64,000 nt of DNA, taken from NCBI GenBank assembly GCA_030264375.1, contig JASCQW010000119.1, positions 10,414,781 through 10,478,780 of the forward strand, given 5' to 3'. Positions 51,841 through 64,000 of the stretch are shown one piece after another. The position numbers were made by a program, and so were the translations under genes. Position 1 is the first letter of the stretch. The number at the start of each line of letters is the position of its first letter. The notes beneath the pieces were generated by a model. That model worked only from the letters and a program-made list of their open reading frames with translations. It did not search any database and was not told the origin of the DNA. This stretch comes from Carcharhinus longimanus (taxonomy: Eukaryota).

Positions 51841-51867
51841 ACCCCGCCCAGAAGGCGAAAGAATCAG
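51841..51867 (+). CDS. Candidate 27-nt micro-exon (DPAQKAKES)
   Basis: ttctttttgcttttctttag|ACCCCGCCCAGAAGGCGAAAGAATCAG|gttcgc; excellent acceptor, weak donor, phase 1-1. Confidence 0.6.
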
Positions 51868-52441
51868 GTTCGCAAAAGAATAAATCCCATTCAAAACGAT
51901 TATTTTTGTGTAAAGTATTCAAAGTGTTATGCAATACAAATAAGATATTTAAACCATCTATTGTGCAGCATTTTCATGCCACTCTTAGCTTCAGCTGGCG
52001 GAAAACATGTGCAAGACCATGTAATATTGGGTTGAAAAGAAAATTCAATAAACGCATTTGCCCGACATGTTTTGTGTGAGGCTACGTTTCAGACGGAATG
52101 CTTGACGTTGGGTTTGGATGTGTGTGGCAGTGACCAGAATTGATCCCTGGAAATGACCATGAGACAAACACCTGAAATTTGAAATTTCACTCCTCTGTCA
52201 ACACTCAGCCTTCTTAGCGCTAAGGAAAACATCCCCAACCTATTGATTGGTCGACCCATGTTGAACACGGTGGGCTCGAGGAGGAGTTCTTGGAATGCTG
52301 CCGGGATAATTTCCTTGAACAGTGTGTGTTGGAGCCGACGANNNNNNNNNNNNNNNNNNNNNNNNNNNNNNNNNNNNNNNNNNNNNNNNNNNNNNNNNNN
52401 NNNNNNNNNNNNNNNNNNNNNNNNNNNNNNNNNNNNNNNNN

Positions 52442-52600
52442 TTGATAAGAGAGGGGATTAAGGGTTATGGGGAGAGGGCCGGAAAGTGGAACTGAGCCAC
52501 GACAGATCAGCCATGATCATATTGAATGGCGGGGCAGGCTCGAAGGGCTATATGGCCTACTCCTGCTCCTATTTCTTATGTTCTTATGTTGTTATGTTCT
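52442..52600 (+). mobile_element. CR1 LINE 3' tail
   Basis: gatcagccatgatcatattgaatggcggggcaggctcgaaggg...ggcctactcctgctcctatttcttatgttcttatg. Confidence 0.9.
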
Positions 52601-55069
52601 AATAGCTACACTACCTAACCCAGCATCATTATTGTAAACTTATTTGCACTCTCACAAGAGCAACTAGCTTCTTGATATAATATTGTGACTCAAAACTGCA
52701 ATCAATACTCCATTTGTGTCCTCACCAGCGTTCCATATAATTCCAAATTGGTGAATTTATTTTCATATTCTAAAAGCCTAACATTTCCCTGCCTTCTTTA
52801 TGAAGTTATCTACATGAATTTTCTCTAGCCTCTCTGAACATACATTTACCCTGAAAATGTTACATCAGAACAGCCATCTAATTCCGTGCTCCAAATCGAA
52901 ATTCTCAAAGTCCTACCATCAATGTAATATGAGGATGGTAAGAGGAAAATACCTAATGGTTTAGTGAAGATGTTTAAACCGGTACTCATTAAAATATTGA
53001 CAAGATTGCCAGCATCAGGTAAATGACTTTCAAACACATATATAACCCAATATTAAAGAAATGTACTTACATCTGAAATCCAGTTAAAGATTTAAACACG
53101 TCATTATGATATTAAAAAAAAACAATATGCTGACATTCTGCATGTATTCTTGTACTCCATGTATCATTGTTCCATTTACCCAAAGGCAGTTTGCTGCAAT
53201 GCATCATGGAAAAGGGAATATTACAGCGTTGGAAATATGTAAGTTTTATCAGTAGAGTTTCTAAAGGAAAGAACATTCAAAACACTTCATCAAATTTCCA
53301 GAATATGTTTTGGTCACTCTGCAGATTGAATGGATGCAGGAATGGAGTCATGTGTTAATCTGGCTTGGCAGCGACCTATACGGGAATTCATGAGAACTTT
53401 GACCGTTGCGGCTGGCGTCTGATTAATATGGCATGCAGAATGCTAAGCTGCTAAAGCGGGAGGGAAAGTCCAGATTCTACGCAACAATGGAATGCCATTA
53501 TACAAATGGTAAAATGTGACTTACTAAGGTTTATGCCAGCTATGATTGTTGAGTTACGTACAACACAGGTGATTCACTTGAATATAATGAATGGCAGGAG
53601 TAATTGAAGCAAAAATCTATAATTGATCTGTTTTGAACTTTATTTGTCAGAATTATTTGTAGAGATCAGGCTGCCCCATCTCGGGAATTGCCCCGACTCT
53701 TTGATGATTTCGTCTAGCGGCCGCAGGTCATTATTTTGAGGTTTTCACTGAGTCACTGGCTTCATGATTCTTGTATTGTCAAAAATTTCTCATGGTACCA
53801 GGCCACCTCAAAACAAAAACACCAACTGCCTTTTGGCGATGAGAGTCAGGATAGAGTCACCAGAATCTGACGGAGAGCCATGCCTCTTTCGATCCGAGTT
53901 AGGCAGAAGGAGCAACACGTTAAGTTGTCAGAAACTGAAGTTGACCTATCTGGACCTTGTTAGGGGTTGTGAAGACAGTGTCACTGAGTCAGGAAACAAC
54001 GCTTCAAGCAGGGGGTCGATAGAGGAATTTCGGCACTAATCTGATATCAAGCCACAGAGCCGTGCATTAGGATAAGATGCAAAATTGTTAGGGATGGGAG
54101 AGTAGTGGCGGTTGGAGTTATTGGGGTAGAAAAATCAGTAATTGGTCTCCAGTAAGGATAACTTAAGAGCCAAGTGTCGCTCTTGGCGGGGAGCTGACAG
54201 GCTTCGGCCCAGAAAATACCCAGAGAGGTGCATGAGGAATCAGAATTATTAAGACGGAAATCTCCCCAACAGTAGGGAGTTGGAAACTCCGGTTCAAAAC
54301 ATACTATGATGAAATCCTCCAGTGGAGGGAGAGGAGCAACAACTATATCAACTAAGGAGCCACCGTTATCGGCGACTGAGAAGAAGATGCTTATGGATTA
54401 GGCGCGTTGCAACGTAAATTACAAAATTTGGATTTCTGGGAAATCTTGCATAAGTTAAAACAGGTTCATAACTTGACTTTGGATGACAAAGAACAAAGAG
54501 AACAAAGAACAACCCAGCACAGGAAACAGGCCCTTTGGCCCAACGAGCCCGCGCTGCCGCATCACCCTACACCTATTCTACCCTGCGTGTCTACGAATGG
54601 AACCCCTAACTTAGCCAGAATACATCCATTATTTTGCAGCAATTAAATCTAAGGATCCAGGCCACCAAGTTGAGAAAACTTATCAGCTTTCATTTTTATC
54701 TTTTCTGTAATGATAGTAATTGTTTTAAATTTCCCCCTCTCTTTTGCCTTCTTTACTTTTAGCTATTCTTGGGATTTTTTTATTATGTCTTCTGATGTGA
54801 AGATGGATACAAAATACTTGTTCAAAGCTTCAGCCACTTATCATTATTAATTCCCCAGTCTCCCAGCCTAAGGGAATAATGCTCATATATATACTTGTAG
54901 AAATTTTTACTGCCTTTTAAAATTTTTTTAAATCATACTCCAGTTTCTCCTTTGCTTTTAGTCATCCTTTGCTGGTTTCTGAACCTTCAATCTTCTGACC
55001 TACCACTAATCTCTTCAACATAAGATGTCTCATCTTTCAATTTGGTGCCGTCCTTAACTTTTTGCCAGG

Positions 55070-55350
55070 ATAAAGCACTCTGACCCACCACTACACAGTG
55101 GCTGCAGTGTGTACTATATACAAGGTCTATTGCAACAATTCACATAGACTCCTCCTATAGCACCTTCCAAACCTGTGGCTCTCCCCCAAAGGGGAAGGGC
55201 AACAGGTGCATGGGGACACCGATGTCTGCAAGTTCCCCTCCAAGGCACATACCGTCTTGACTTGGAAATATATCATCATTCCTTCATAATTGCTGAGTCA
55301 AAATCCTGGAACTCCCTGCCTAATACCACTGTGGGTGGACCTACCTTCAT
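55070..55350 (+). mobile_element. CR1-group LINE 3' fragment
   Basis: cagtggctgcagtgtgtac..gcaccttccaaacc..caagttcccctccaag..gtcaaaatcctggaactccct motif series. Confidence 0.7.
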
Positions 55351-55505
55351 ATTAAGTTGATCTTTCTCTACACCTTAGCTATGACTGTAACATGACTCTG
55401 GCGTGNNNNNNNNNNNNNNNNNNNNNNNNNNNNNNNNNNNNNNNNNNNNNNNNNNNNNNNNNNNNNNNNNNNNNNNNNNNNNNNNNNNNNNNNNNNNNNN
55501 NNNNN

Positions 55506-58500
55506 AAAAGCGGTTTTCAATTTAAATCAGGCACTCACCACAGCCACAGCCACCAGGTTCAATGCTCCGGAGAACAATGAGAACAATGACATGAGAATTT
55601 TAGTAAAGGGAACGTTAGACCAGAGTTGCAAATGTTACTTGAGTATTCGGAAGGAGAGGTTGGATCTTTGCAACAGAAAATGGTGAGGACCAACGACATG
55701 AATAGTTTAAATGGACAATCTGAGGAGCTGGAGCTGAAGGACGGGCCAATTGGATGAAGGTAACTTTATCATAGAATCCCTATAGTGCAGAGGGAGGCCA
55801 TTTGTCCTATCGAGACTGCACTGGCCAATGCCCTTCCAGGACCTACTCCCGCAAAGCCACATATTTACCGTGATAATCTCTCTGACACTAAGGGACAATT
55901 TCGTATGTCCAATCAACCTAACCCGCACATCGTTAGACTATGGGAGGAAACAGGAGCACCGGAAGGAAACGCGGACATACATGGGGAGAGCTTGTAAACT
56001 CCACACAGACAGTGACTGGGGGTTGTAGTTGAACATGGGTCACTGGCGCTGAGGCAGCAGTGCTAACCACTGTACCACCCTGCTGCCTTTAATGAAACAG
56101 GATACTAAATAATCTGCAGAAGAATAAGGAGAAAAAACATTGAGATCTTATGTAGTAAATGGAGGGGTCAAATACTATTTTGGGATGAGGATATATTTTT
56201 CAGCTTGCTCAAAGTTGGGCTCAGTCAGCTCTGACTCGAATCATAGACATGGGTATTCCAAGAGGAAATACTTATCCAGATGTCATGATTTGGGCTACAA
56301 AAACAGGTTCAACATACCATAAAAATCTCAAAATCACTTCAATGCAGGTTGATCGTCACAGCCTAAGCACAAAACATGTTTTGCATGGAGATGGAAAAAG
56401 TCTAATGGCAGCGATTGCGGAAGCACATCCACAGAAAAATAACCAGGTTAACAAAAAAACAATGCAGCAACAGCCGTAAGATAGGTCATGATGTGAAAGA
56501 CTGCTGGGTGAAAGGGGTGTGGGGAGGGGTGGAGGAGGTTCCAACCAGGGCGAAATCATCCACCAAGGTCCAACCTCAAAATCATGTAGGAACACAGCAA
56601 ATTCTCCTGCCAACTTTTCAGATGACAGCAGTTGAGTTGCAGAAGCGTTTAGGTCTGAAATATAAATTAGAAGCTCTTAAAACTGCATGCTGAGGTTCCC
56701 GAACGTTTATAGAAACAGTGTTAGGAAGGCAATCTTGTGTCATGTTTATACATACCGGACTATCTATGCGTATAGCAGATTTAATTTTACCCAGAATTGA
56801 TCAGATAATACGATTGAAAGAGCCTTATGGTACTTACGACCGCGTTGTTGAGTGAATCGACAATACTGGAGATTGAGGGTAAAGACAAACAGTTCGAAAG
56901 ATGCAAATGTTCAACAGAGCAAGGAAGGATTTTCGCGATATTTTGTGAGCACAATTGGGAGCTATAATCGGTGTCGTGGCAGGGAACATAATGTGGCTTA
57001 CGTTGTACAATTGAATTCGACGATGTAGGGAAACAAATATATTGTACTAACTACATGAAAGCAGAGTTGCGACAAATTATCAGACAGTCTCAGCTTGGGG
57101 AATTTGGCTGCACAGTAACCTTAGGTTTTGGCCGGACACAGGCAGGATTGTGGACATTCAGATGTACCTCCGGAAAGAATTTACAGACTCGTTCTCATTC
57201 CACAATATCAGCTTAAAGCAGATGCAACAAAGGCGGTTAAAAACAACATTCTAAACTTAGGAAAACTACAGTTAATAATGAAGGTCTCTTATAAGGCTAA
57301 TTCGCATATTTGGTCTGTAAGAAACATGGATGACAGTTTTTTCTTAAAAAATCGAAAACACAGTTTTCAATCACTACGCGACTTGCAAACATTCCATCGT
57401 AGCAAATTCATCTAGCATCCTGAACACCACTGAAATAAAGCAGAATATATTTTAAGAACTAGACCAGCTAAATGATTTTGGTCAAAAGTTGCAGGTGGGA
57501 AACAGCAATATTGGCATTCACAATCGGCAATTAGGAATACACTTCGACCTGTCTGTCATAGGGATTACATAACAGTCCAGCGATTTTTAACAAACACATA
57601 GCACAGATAATAGAGCCTTTAGATTGTGCAAGAGCAAAAATTTTGCAGTATGTGAAGACATTCTGACAGTATCGGACAGTTCAAAGCACAATTGCTGAGC
57701 CACACACAAAATCATTCAAACAAATCAGGCAGCCGGTCTTAAGCTCAACCCCTCGCAAAGAGCAGTCGGGTCAGGAATAGTTGTCATCCTTTGGAAATGT
57801 TATATACCAAGATAAAAAAAAATCCAGAAGTGCGAAAAAGAAATGATGCTTACAGTAAAAGGGATGTAGCAAGCATTATGAATTTTTAATTATTGCAATA
57901 ATTTTGGGGAAGATGCTGCAGTGTTTGCAAATCTTACAGGATTTGATAAAGGGAAGAAGGTCTTTGCAACGAAGAAAATAGAATGGGGATAAAAGGAGTT
58001 GCCTTCGTTCTCGGATTTAAAGAACGCTATGGTAAACGTTCCTGCATTAGGAGTACCGAACTCACTAATCCATTTCCCATTTTCTGTCAACGGAATGATG
58101 CATGTGGTAGCCCAACTATATGAGAACAAATTAAGATAAATTGGATATTACATTACCCAACTAGATTCATTGACAGAGGTAGGCTTGCGTGAGAGCATAG
58201 CATGTGTCTTATGAGCAATAAGTGTTTCAGAGCCACTCACCCTGGTGGGAAATAAAAAGACTACGCAGTCTTCAGTCAATCATTCAGCTTTTAGAAGCTG
58301 GGAGATTGAAAGGCGTTTCTGATGGGAAACAAAACATCAAAATGGGAAGCAAATCTCCTGCCACATGACAGGCATGTAGACATGAGCAAGAATGTAAGGG
58401 AAACTTGTGCAGGAAGATTGACAGTGCAAGACACGGAACATGTTGTGCTGCAGAAGTGAATGAGTAGCCGGAGCAAAAAATTATTTCAATGATGAGCCTC

Positions 58501-60230
58501 GTACAACCTGGGTAGACCTCATGATAAACGAACCATTAAGTGAGGAGAGAAAAAAAATCCCAGGGAGCAAATCAGTGGAAATAGCAGAGTTGTAGCATTA
58601 ACTGAGGTTTTGGAATGGACAAAGAAACAGGAATTAAGGTTTAAGCAGGCCTTCGATAAGCTTTTGGGGTACTTCATGATTACATGGCAGCATGGGCAGG
58701 CTGTGGCGTTGATACATCATGCGTGGGACATGTACAGCATGAGAGTATGATTAGAGATCTGATCCAAGCAGCCCGTCGCCTCTTACAAGCACTTGTAATC
58801 AAAGTTTAAACCCATAAGAAGACATAGAGACAGGCACAATAGAGAAACAGTCATGTGGACAATGCAACAAAAGATTTGTTAGGAGAAAATTTAGAAGGGA
58901 AACAAACAGCAGCTGTTCCATGTAAGTGACATTACAGCTATTAAAATGAAGGAAGTATAGGAAGAGAAGCAGAAATGGAAAAAAAAGGGGAACAAATGGT
59001 TAAAATGGCGTACGGGGAAGGGAGGGAACAGATAGCATCAGTAGCCGTACAGCAACGTTTGGTGCACTATGGATTATCTCATACAAGCATACAATCATAC
59101 AGATGTAATATGGTCAATTAACTTGAAAATTGTTGGTGGGATGCCACATAGTCAAATTTTGTTCGAGATGCCTACAGTGGAACAAGGACGACATTGCAGG
59201 CTTAAGGTGGGGAACCAGCCAATATCCACGGGAATATTTGCAAATGGATTTCACGGGACTATTAGCTGGAGCAAGAAGGAAGACGTATGATTTAGCAATT
59301 ATTTACAATGCACTCGATGGATTGAAGCATCTCCATGAAAAAAATGCTACAGACAAATATTGATCTTTAATGTTGGTGAATATGACAACACATTTTTGGG
59401 GAATTCCTCTGTATTTAGACTCAAGCCAGGGAACTCGCTTCACAGGAAGAGTTTTAAGAGAAACCTGCAGTTTGTTAATGATAAAACAAAGGTTTCACAC
59501 ACCGTATCATGTACAGACTTCAGGAATGGTATCAAAATGAATGAATATTCAAATGAATCGAACACTGAGGAATAGTTTAGCCTTAGCTATTTCAGAACAA
59601 CAAAAAGAAATGTGTGCAGATATTGCCAGCAATTTGCGAAAACTACTCCTGCTGGAGGAACAGAATTCACTCCTTCTCAACTGAACAATGGTAGCGTTTC
59701 TGCTCCCCAGAAGATGTAACAGGGGGCGGAGAATCTGAAGATGGCCGAAAAGTATTTCACTGTATGAATGATTTGACAGATCGTTCATATTCCCTCAAGG
59801 AGTAGGTACCACTCAACAGCAGCACGGGGAATGGTGCAATTAGCAGAAGGTAACACAACAAATTTACATACACCATGGTATAAGGGAATGGTGAAACTCA
59901 TGACAAATGAGAATGGCCAGGGGGTCCGCTGTGTGCGGCCTATTAACATGATTGTCATGGGGCAAACATATGCCCTAATTAATGAAACCTGGTGTTGTGA
60001 GAAGAGTTGTGATGAAAGGTGCAGTCACCGATGGTGAAACTGGACAGATCCGAAACGATACGCTGATGAGTGACCATTGATAACGAAAGTGTCCCAAGTG
60101 GGTGGACAAAGCAGTAGAACAGGTGATCCGCATAGCTTTTATAACCACAGTACATATCTTAGAGATAATTTAGATTTGCAGACGAGGTACTAAATTATTA
60201 TAAATAATTGCACAGGGATATCGGGGCAGT
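55506..60230 (+). mobile_element. Decayed endogenous retrovirus gag-pro-pol (with possible env start)
   Basis: Ordered, frameshifted motifs: Cys/His gag end (~56480), protease-like MFIHTG (~56740), RT AFT..EYT..GLHNSPAIF (~57510-57590), RNase H IAEL.AL and HDY.AAW (~58580-58700), integrase EYLQMDFTG and NRTLRN (~59230-59580). Confidence 0.8.
55768..56088 (-). mobile_element. HE1-type SINE inserted in ERV gag
   Basis: Reverse tail, core and tRNA head are all recognisable. Confidence 0.9.
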
Positions 60231-60241
60231 ATTAGAACAAA

Positions 60242-60571
60242 GGGCGGCACGGTAGCACAGTGGTTAGCACTGCTGCTTCACAGCTCCAGGATCCTGGATT
60301 CGATTCCTGGCTCGGGTCACTGTCTGTGTGGAGGTTGCACGTTCTCCTCGTGCCTGCGTGGGTTTCCTCTGGTTTCCTCCCACAATCCAAAGATGTCCAG
60401 GTTAGGTTGATTGACCATGCTAAGAAATTGTCCCTTAGTTTGTAGGGATGCATAGATTAGAGGGATTACTGGGTATAATATGTAGGGATATCGGGGTAGG
60501 GCTTGGGTTAACTGTGTTCGGTGCAGACTCGATGGGCCGAAAGGCCTCTTTCTGCACTGTACGGTTCTATC
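60242..60571 (+). mobile_element. Full-length HE1-type SINE with near-perfect TSD
   Basis: gggcggcacggtagcacagtggttagcactgctgc head, core and gatgggccgaaaggcct tail, flanked by tagaacaaa/tagaataaa. Confidence 0.93.
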
Positions 60572-60789
60572 TAGAATAAAGGAAATTAAAACAAAATGTT
60601 CAGTCAATGTGAGACGAACTTAATTGCTGGAAAGCATCTTGTTTACGTTTACATATTTGAACAAAAGTGCCAAGAGAGCTCCGAGGTCAAGGAGAGACAA
60701 CCACAAACTGTGAAATCCCAGGACTGATTGTCAAGTGCCAGGCGTGAAATTGAAGGTATTATGATTGTTGTGCAGATCTGTAAATGAGT

Positions 60790-61100
60790 TTTTTTTTATT
60801 ATTGACAGATGGCTGAGAGATATAAGTTATATTTATCAGTCACAATATTAAAACTGCAATGAACTTAATGTGAACATCCCTTTGTTACCACAATCCACAG
60901 CAAGTACGAGTACACTGAGTTGAATTTAGCATGGCCAATGCACATGACCAGCAGTTGATTTGGACTGTGGGAATAAACCGGAGAAACGGAAGAAACCCAC
61001 GCAGACATTGGCAAAACTTGCAAACTCATAAGATCCAATTCGGGAACCGAATCCTCGACATTGTGAGGCAGTAGTGCTCACCTTATGTAACATTCCTGCC
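60790..61100 (-). mobile_element. tRNA-derived SINE
   Basis: ttggactgtgggaataaaccggag...gaaacccacgcagaca...gtgaggcagtagtgct. Confidence 0.8.
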
Positions 61101-61209
61101 CCAAAAGAAAATATAGACATTGTCTGTTGATACACATCAAATGTTTTTTTTATGTTGAATTTACTACTTTTGACACAGGAAAGTAGCAAGCATAACCAAA
61201 TTAATTTCA

Positions 61210-62625
61210 CGCTGGTGAGTCTTACGCCAGTGGTCAATAAATTAATGGACATGATTCTTCGAGGCAGGATTCACTCGTCACTTGCAAATAAGTGGCCGTA
61301 TTAGCGAGAGGCAGCATGATTTTGTAAAAGGGAATTAGTGTCCAACTAACCTGATGGAGTTTTTCGAGGAGGTGACAAAGATGATTGATGAATGTAGGGC
61401 AGTGGATATTTTCTACATGGACTTCACTCAGGCCTTTGACAAGATCCTTCTTGGCAGACTGGTACATAAGGTGAAATTGTCCTTCTTCAGAGCTTAGTTG
61501 GCAAGATGGATATACAACTGGCTCAGTTATAGGTGACAGTGGAAGGGTGTTTTTCTAAATGGAGGACTGTGAATAGTGGCATTTGGATCAAAATGGAACT
61601 GTTTTGATTCGTAACTGTTTGGATAACACGAAGGTTGATACAATTGCGGACAGTGATGGAGACTGCCAGAAGATACAGCAGGATCGTTGGAGACCTGGAT
61701 GGAGAGATGGCAAATGGAGTTTAATCCGGACAAATGCGAAGCAATGCACTTTGGAAGAACCATTGCAGATGGAAAATATACGATAAAAGGCAGAACCCTT
61801 ACGAATATTCAGAGACATATGGGTCTGGGTGTACAAATACACATGTTACTGGNNNNNNNNNNNNNNNNNNNNNNNNNNNNNNNNNNNNNNNNNNNNNNNN
61901 NNNNNNNNNNNNNNNNNNNNNNNNNNNNNNNNNNNNNNNNNNNNNNNNNNNNACTGGACGTGGCAACACAGGTGCAGAATGCAGTCCAGAACCCATATGG
62001 TCTTCATTGGCCGGAGCACCGAGTTTACAAATTGGCAAGACATGTTGCAACTTTATAAAATGTTAGTTGAATCACACTTGGAATATAGTGTTCAATTCTT
62101 TTCGCAAGTCTACCAGGAACATGTGGAGGCTTTGGAGGCAGTACAGAAAAGATTTCCTAAAACGTTTCCCGGTATGCAGGGTATTTCAATGATGAGATTT
62201 TGCAGAAATTTGATGTGATCTCACTGGAACGACGGCTGTTGAGGGCCGACCTGACAGAGGTATACACTGTTATGAGGGACATGAGCAATGTGGATAGTCA
62301 GAAGCTTGCGCGGAGGTGGAAGAGTCAATTAACAGAGGCTTAGATTTAAGGTGCGAGGGACAAGATTTAAAGGAGATGTACGAGACTTTTTTTTACACAG
62401 AAATTAGTGCGTGCCTGGAACTTGCTGCTGAGGAAGGTCGTACAAGAAAATATAATATTAACGTTTAAGGGGCGTCTTGACGAATACATGGATAGAAAGG
62501 GAATAGAGGAATATATTCCTCGGAGGTCTAAGGGATTTAGCCGGGCAACATGCTTGGTGCAAGCTTGAAGGGCCGAAAGGTTTGTTACTATGCTGCATTT
62601 GGTTTTACTTCATTTGTACTTTGTT
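61210..62625 (+). mobile_element. CR1 LINE RT and 3' end, decayed
   Basis: SQHDFVKG..CPTNLMEFFEEVT..VDIFYMDF..AFDK, WQMEFNPDKCEAMHFGR, LYKMLVESHLEYSVQF, and the terminal gggccgaaagg. Confidence 0.92.
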
Positions 62626-62749
62626 GCTTCCCACATTGTTTCAAGGGGCAACACACGTATCCAAACCTCAACGGCATGTGTTGGGATTGTTAAAACAAGT
62701 CATACCCAGAGTTACGTGTTAGATAGATGGGTTCATGTTACACTAAAAC

Positions 62750-64000
62750 GTTAAAACATAATAGATAGGAACAACAGGAGGCCTTTTCACCCTTCAACCC
62801 TGTTCCACCATTAATTACGGTCATGGTGGATCATCCAACTCAATACTCTAATCCTGCTTTTCCCCAAACCTTCTGATCACATTCGCCCCAACTGCTATTT
62901 CTAGCCGTCTCTTGAACACATTCCGTGTTTTTCTCATCAACTAATTCTTGTGGCATTGAATTCCACAGGCTAACCATTCTTTATGTGAAGAAATATCTCC
63001 TCACCTCCATCCTAAATGGCGAACCATGAATCTTCGGACTGTGACTCTGGTTCTGGACTCCCCCACCATCGGGAATACCCTCCATTCATCCACCTTGTCG
63101 AGTCAAGTTAGTATTTTCTAAGTCGCTATGTGATCTCCCTCATTCGTCTGAACTCTAGCGAAAAGAATCCTAAATTCCTCAATCTCTTATGATACATCAA
63201 TCCCGCCATCCCCGGAGTCAGCCTAATAAAACTTTGCTGCGCTCCCTTGACAGCAAGAACACCCTTCCTCACAAAAGGAGACCAAAAATGGTCACAACAC
63301 TCTAGGTGTGCCTTCATTTGCCTTCTTTACCGCCTGCAGCGAGATGTCATTTGCCTTCTTTACCGCCTGCAGCGCCTGCACGATTACCTTCTGTGACTGG
63401 TGCACAAGGATACCAGGTCCCGCTGCACATTCCCCTCTCCCAATTTACAGCCATTGATGTAGTCTGTTTTTGTTTCCAAACTGAATAGCCTCACAATTAT
63501 CCAAATTATACTGCATTGGCCATTGATTTGCCAAATCAGTCAATGTGTCGAGATCATTCTGAAGGATCTCGGCATCCTCGTAACAGTTCACCCACCCAAC
63601 TCGGTATCATCTGCAAACTTTGTGAAGTTACATCTTGTTCCCTCATCCAAGTCATTGTGAATAGCTAGGCTTCCAGCACCGAATCCTGTGGGATCGCACA
63701 ATTTTTGCCTGCCAATTGTAAAATCCCCATTAACTCCTAGTGGTCGTTTCCTCCCTTGCCAACCAGTTTTGTGACCATCTCAATACACTTTCCCCAATCT
63801 CATGCACTTTAATCTTGAATGTTAATCTCCTATGCTGTTCTTTATCAAACATTTTCTGAAGTATGCAACTCTGTCTGGCTCCCTGCTTCTCAACTCTACT
63901 CGTTACATCTTCAAAGAATTCCAACAGATTGTCAAGCATGACTTCCCCTTCATAAACCCTTGCTGACTCTGCCTGCTCCTGCCACTTTTTCTAAATGCTC
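62750..64000 (-). mobile_element. CR1 LINE RT and 3' end, tail-to-tail with the previous copy
   Basis: Minus ORFs LDNLLEFFEDVTSRV..FDK..HRRL..KIKVHEI and HLECCDHFWSP..FIRLTPGM..LGFFSLEFRRMR. Confidence 0.92.

Noticed and set aside
60242-60320. tRNA-like A/B boxes
   Set aside because: These are SINE heads rather than tRNA genes.

Overview
Repeat-rich vertebrate genomic DNA from a gapped scaffold. It is almost certainly a cartilaginous fish (shark), judged from HE1-type SINEs, shark-type CR1 3' tails and a shark-type C2H2 zinc-finger fragment. No long intact ORF is present, and most of the ORF track is noise or decayed transposon sequence: CR1, Rex1/Babar, Penelope, a Gypsy element with paired LTRs, hAT, a probable Academ transposase, and ERV gag-pol and env+LTR remnants. 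Hidden between the repeats, and invisible to the ORF track, is a + strand host gene fragment built from tiny AG..GT-bounded, phase-1 symmetric exons. These alternate 36 nt and 27 nt between about 15 and 52 kb, with a possible 24-nt exon at 4.5 kb. Each 36+27 pair encodes 21 aa (three heptads) of coiled coil. The flanking introns show tandem duplication, and some exon copies have decayed. The gene's N- and C-terminal domains are not visible here, so its identity (butyrophilin/BG-like tail, C-type-lectin stalk or other) is inference. Repeat boundaries are approximate and family calls come from motif recognition, not database searches.
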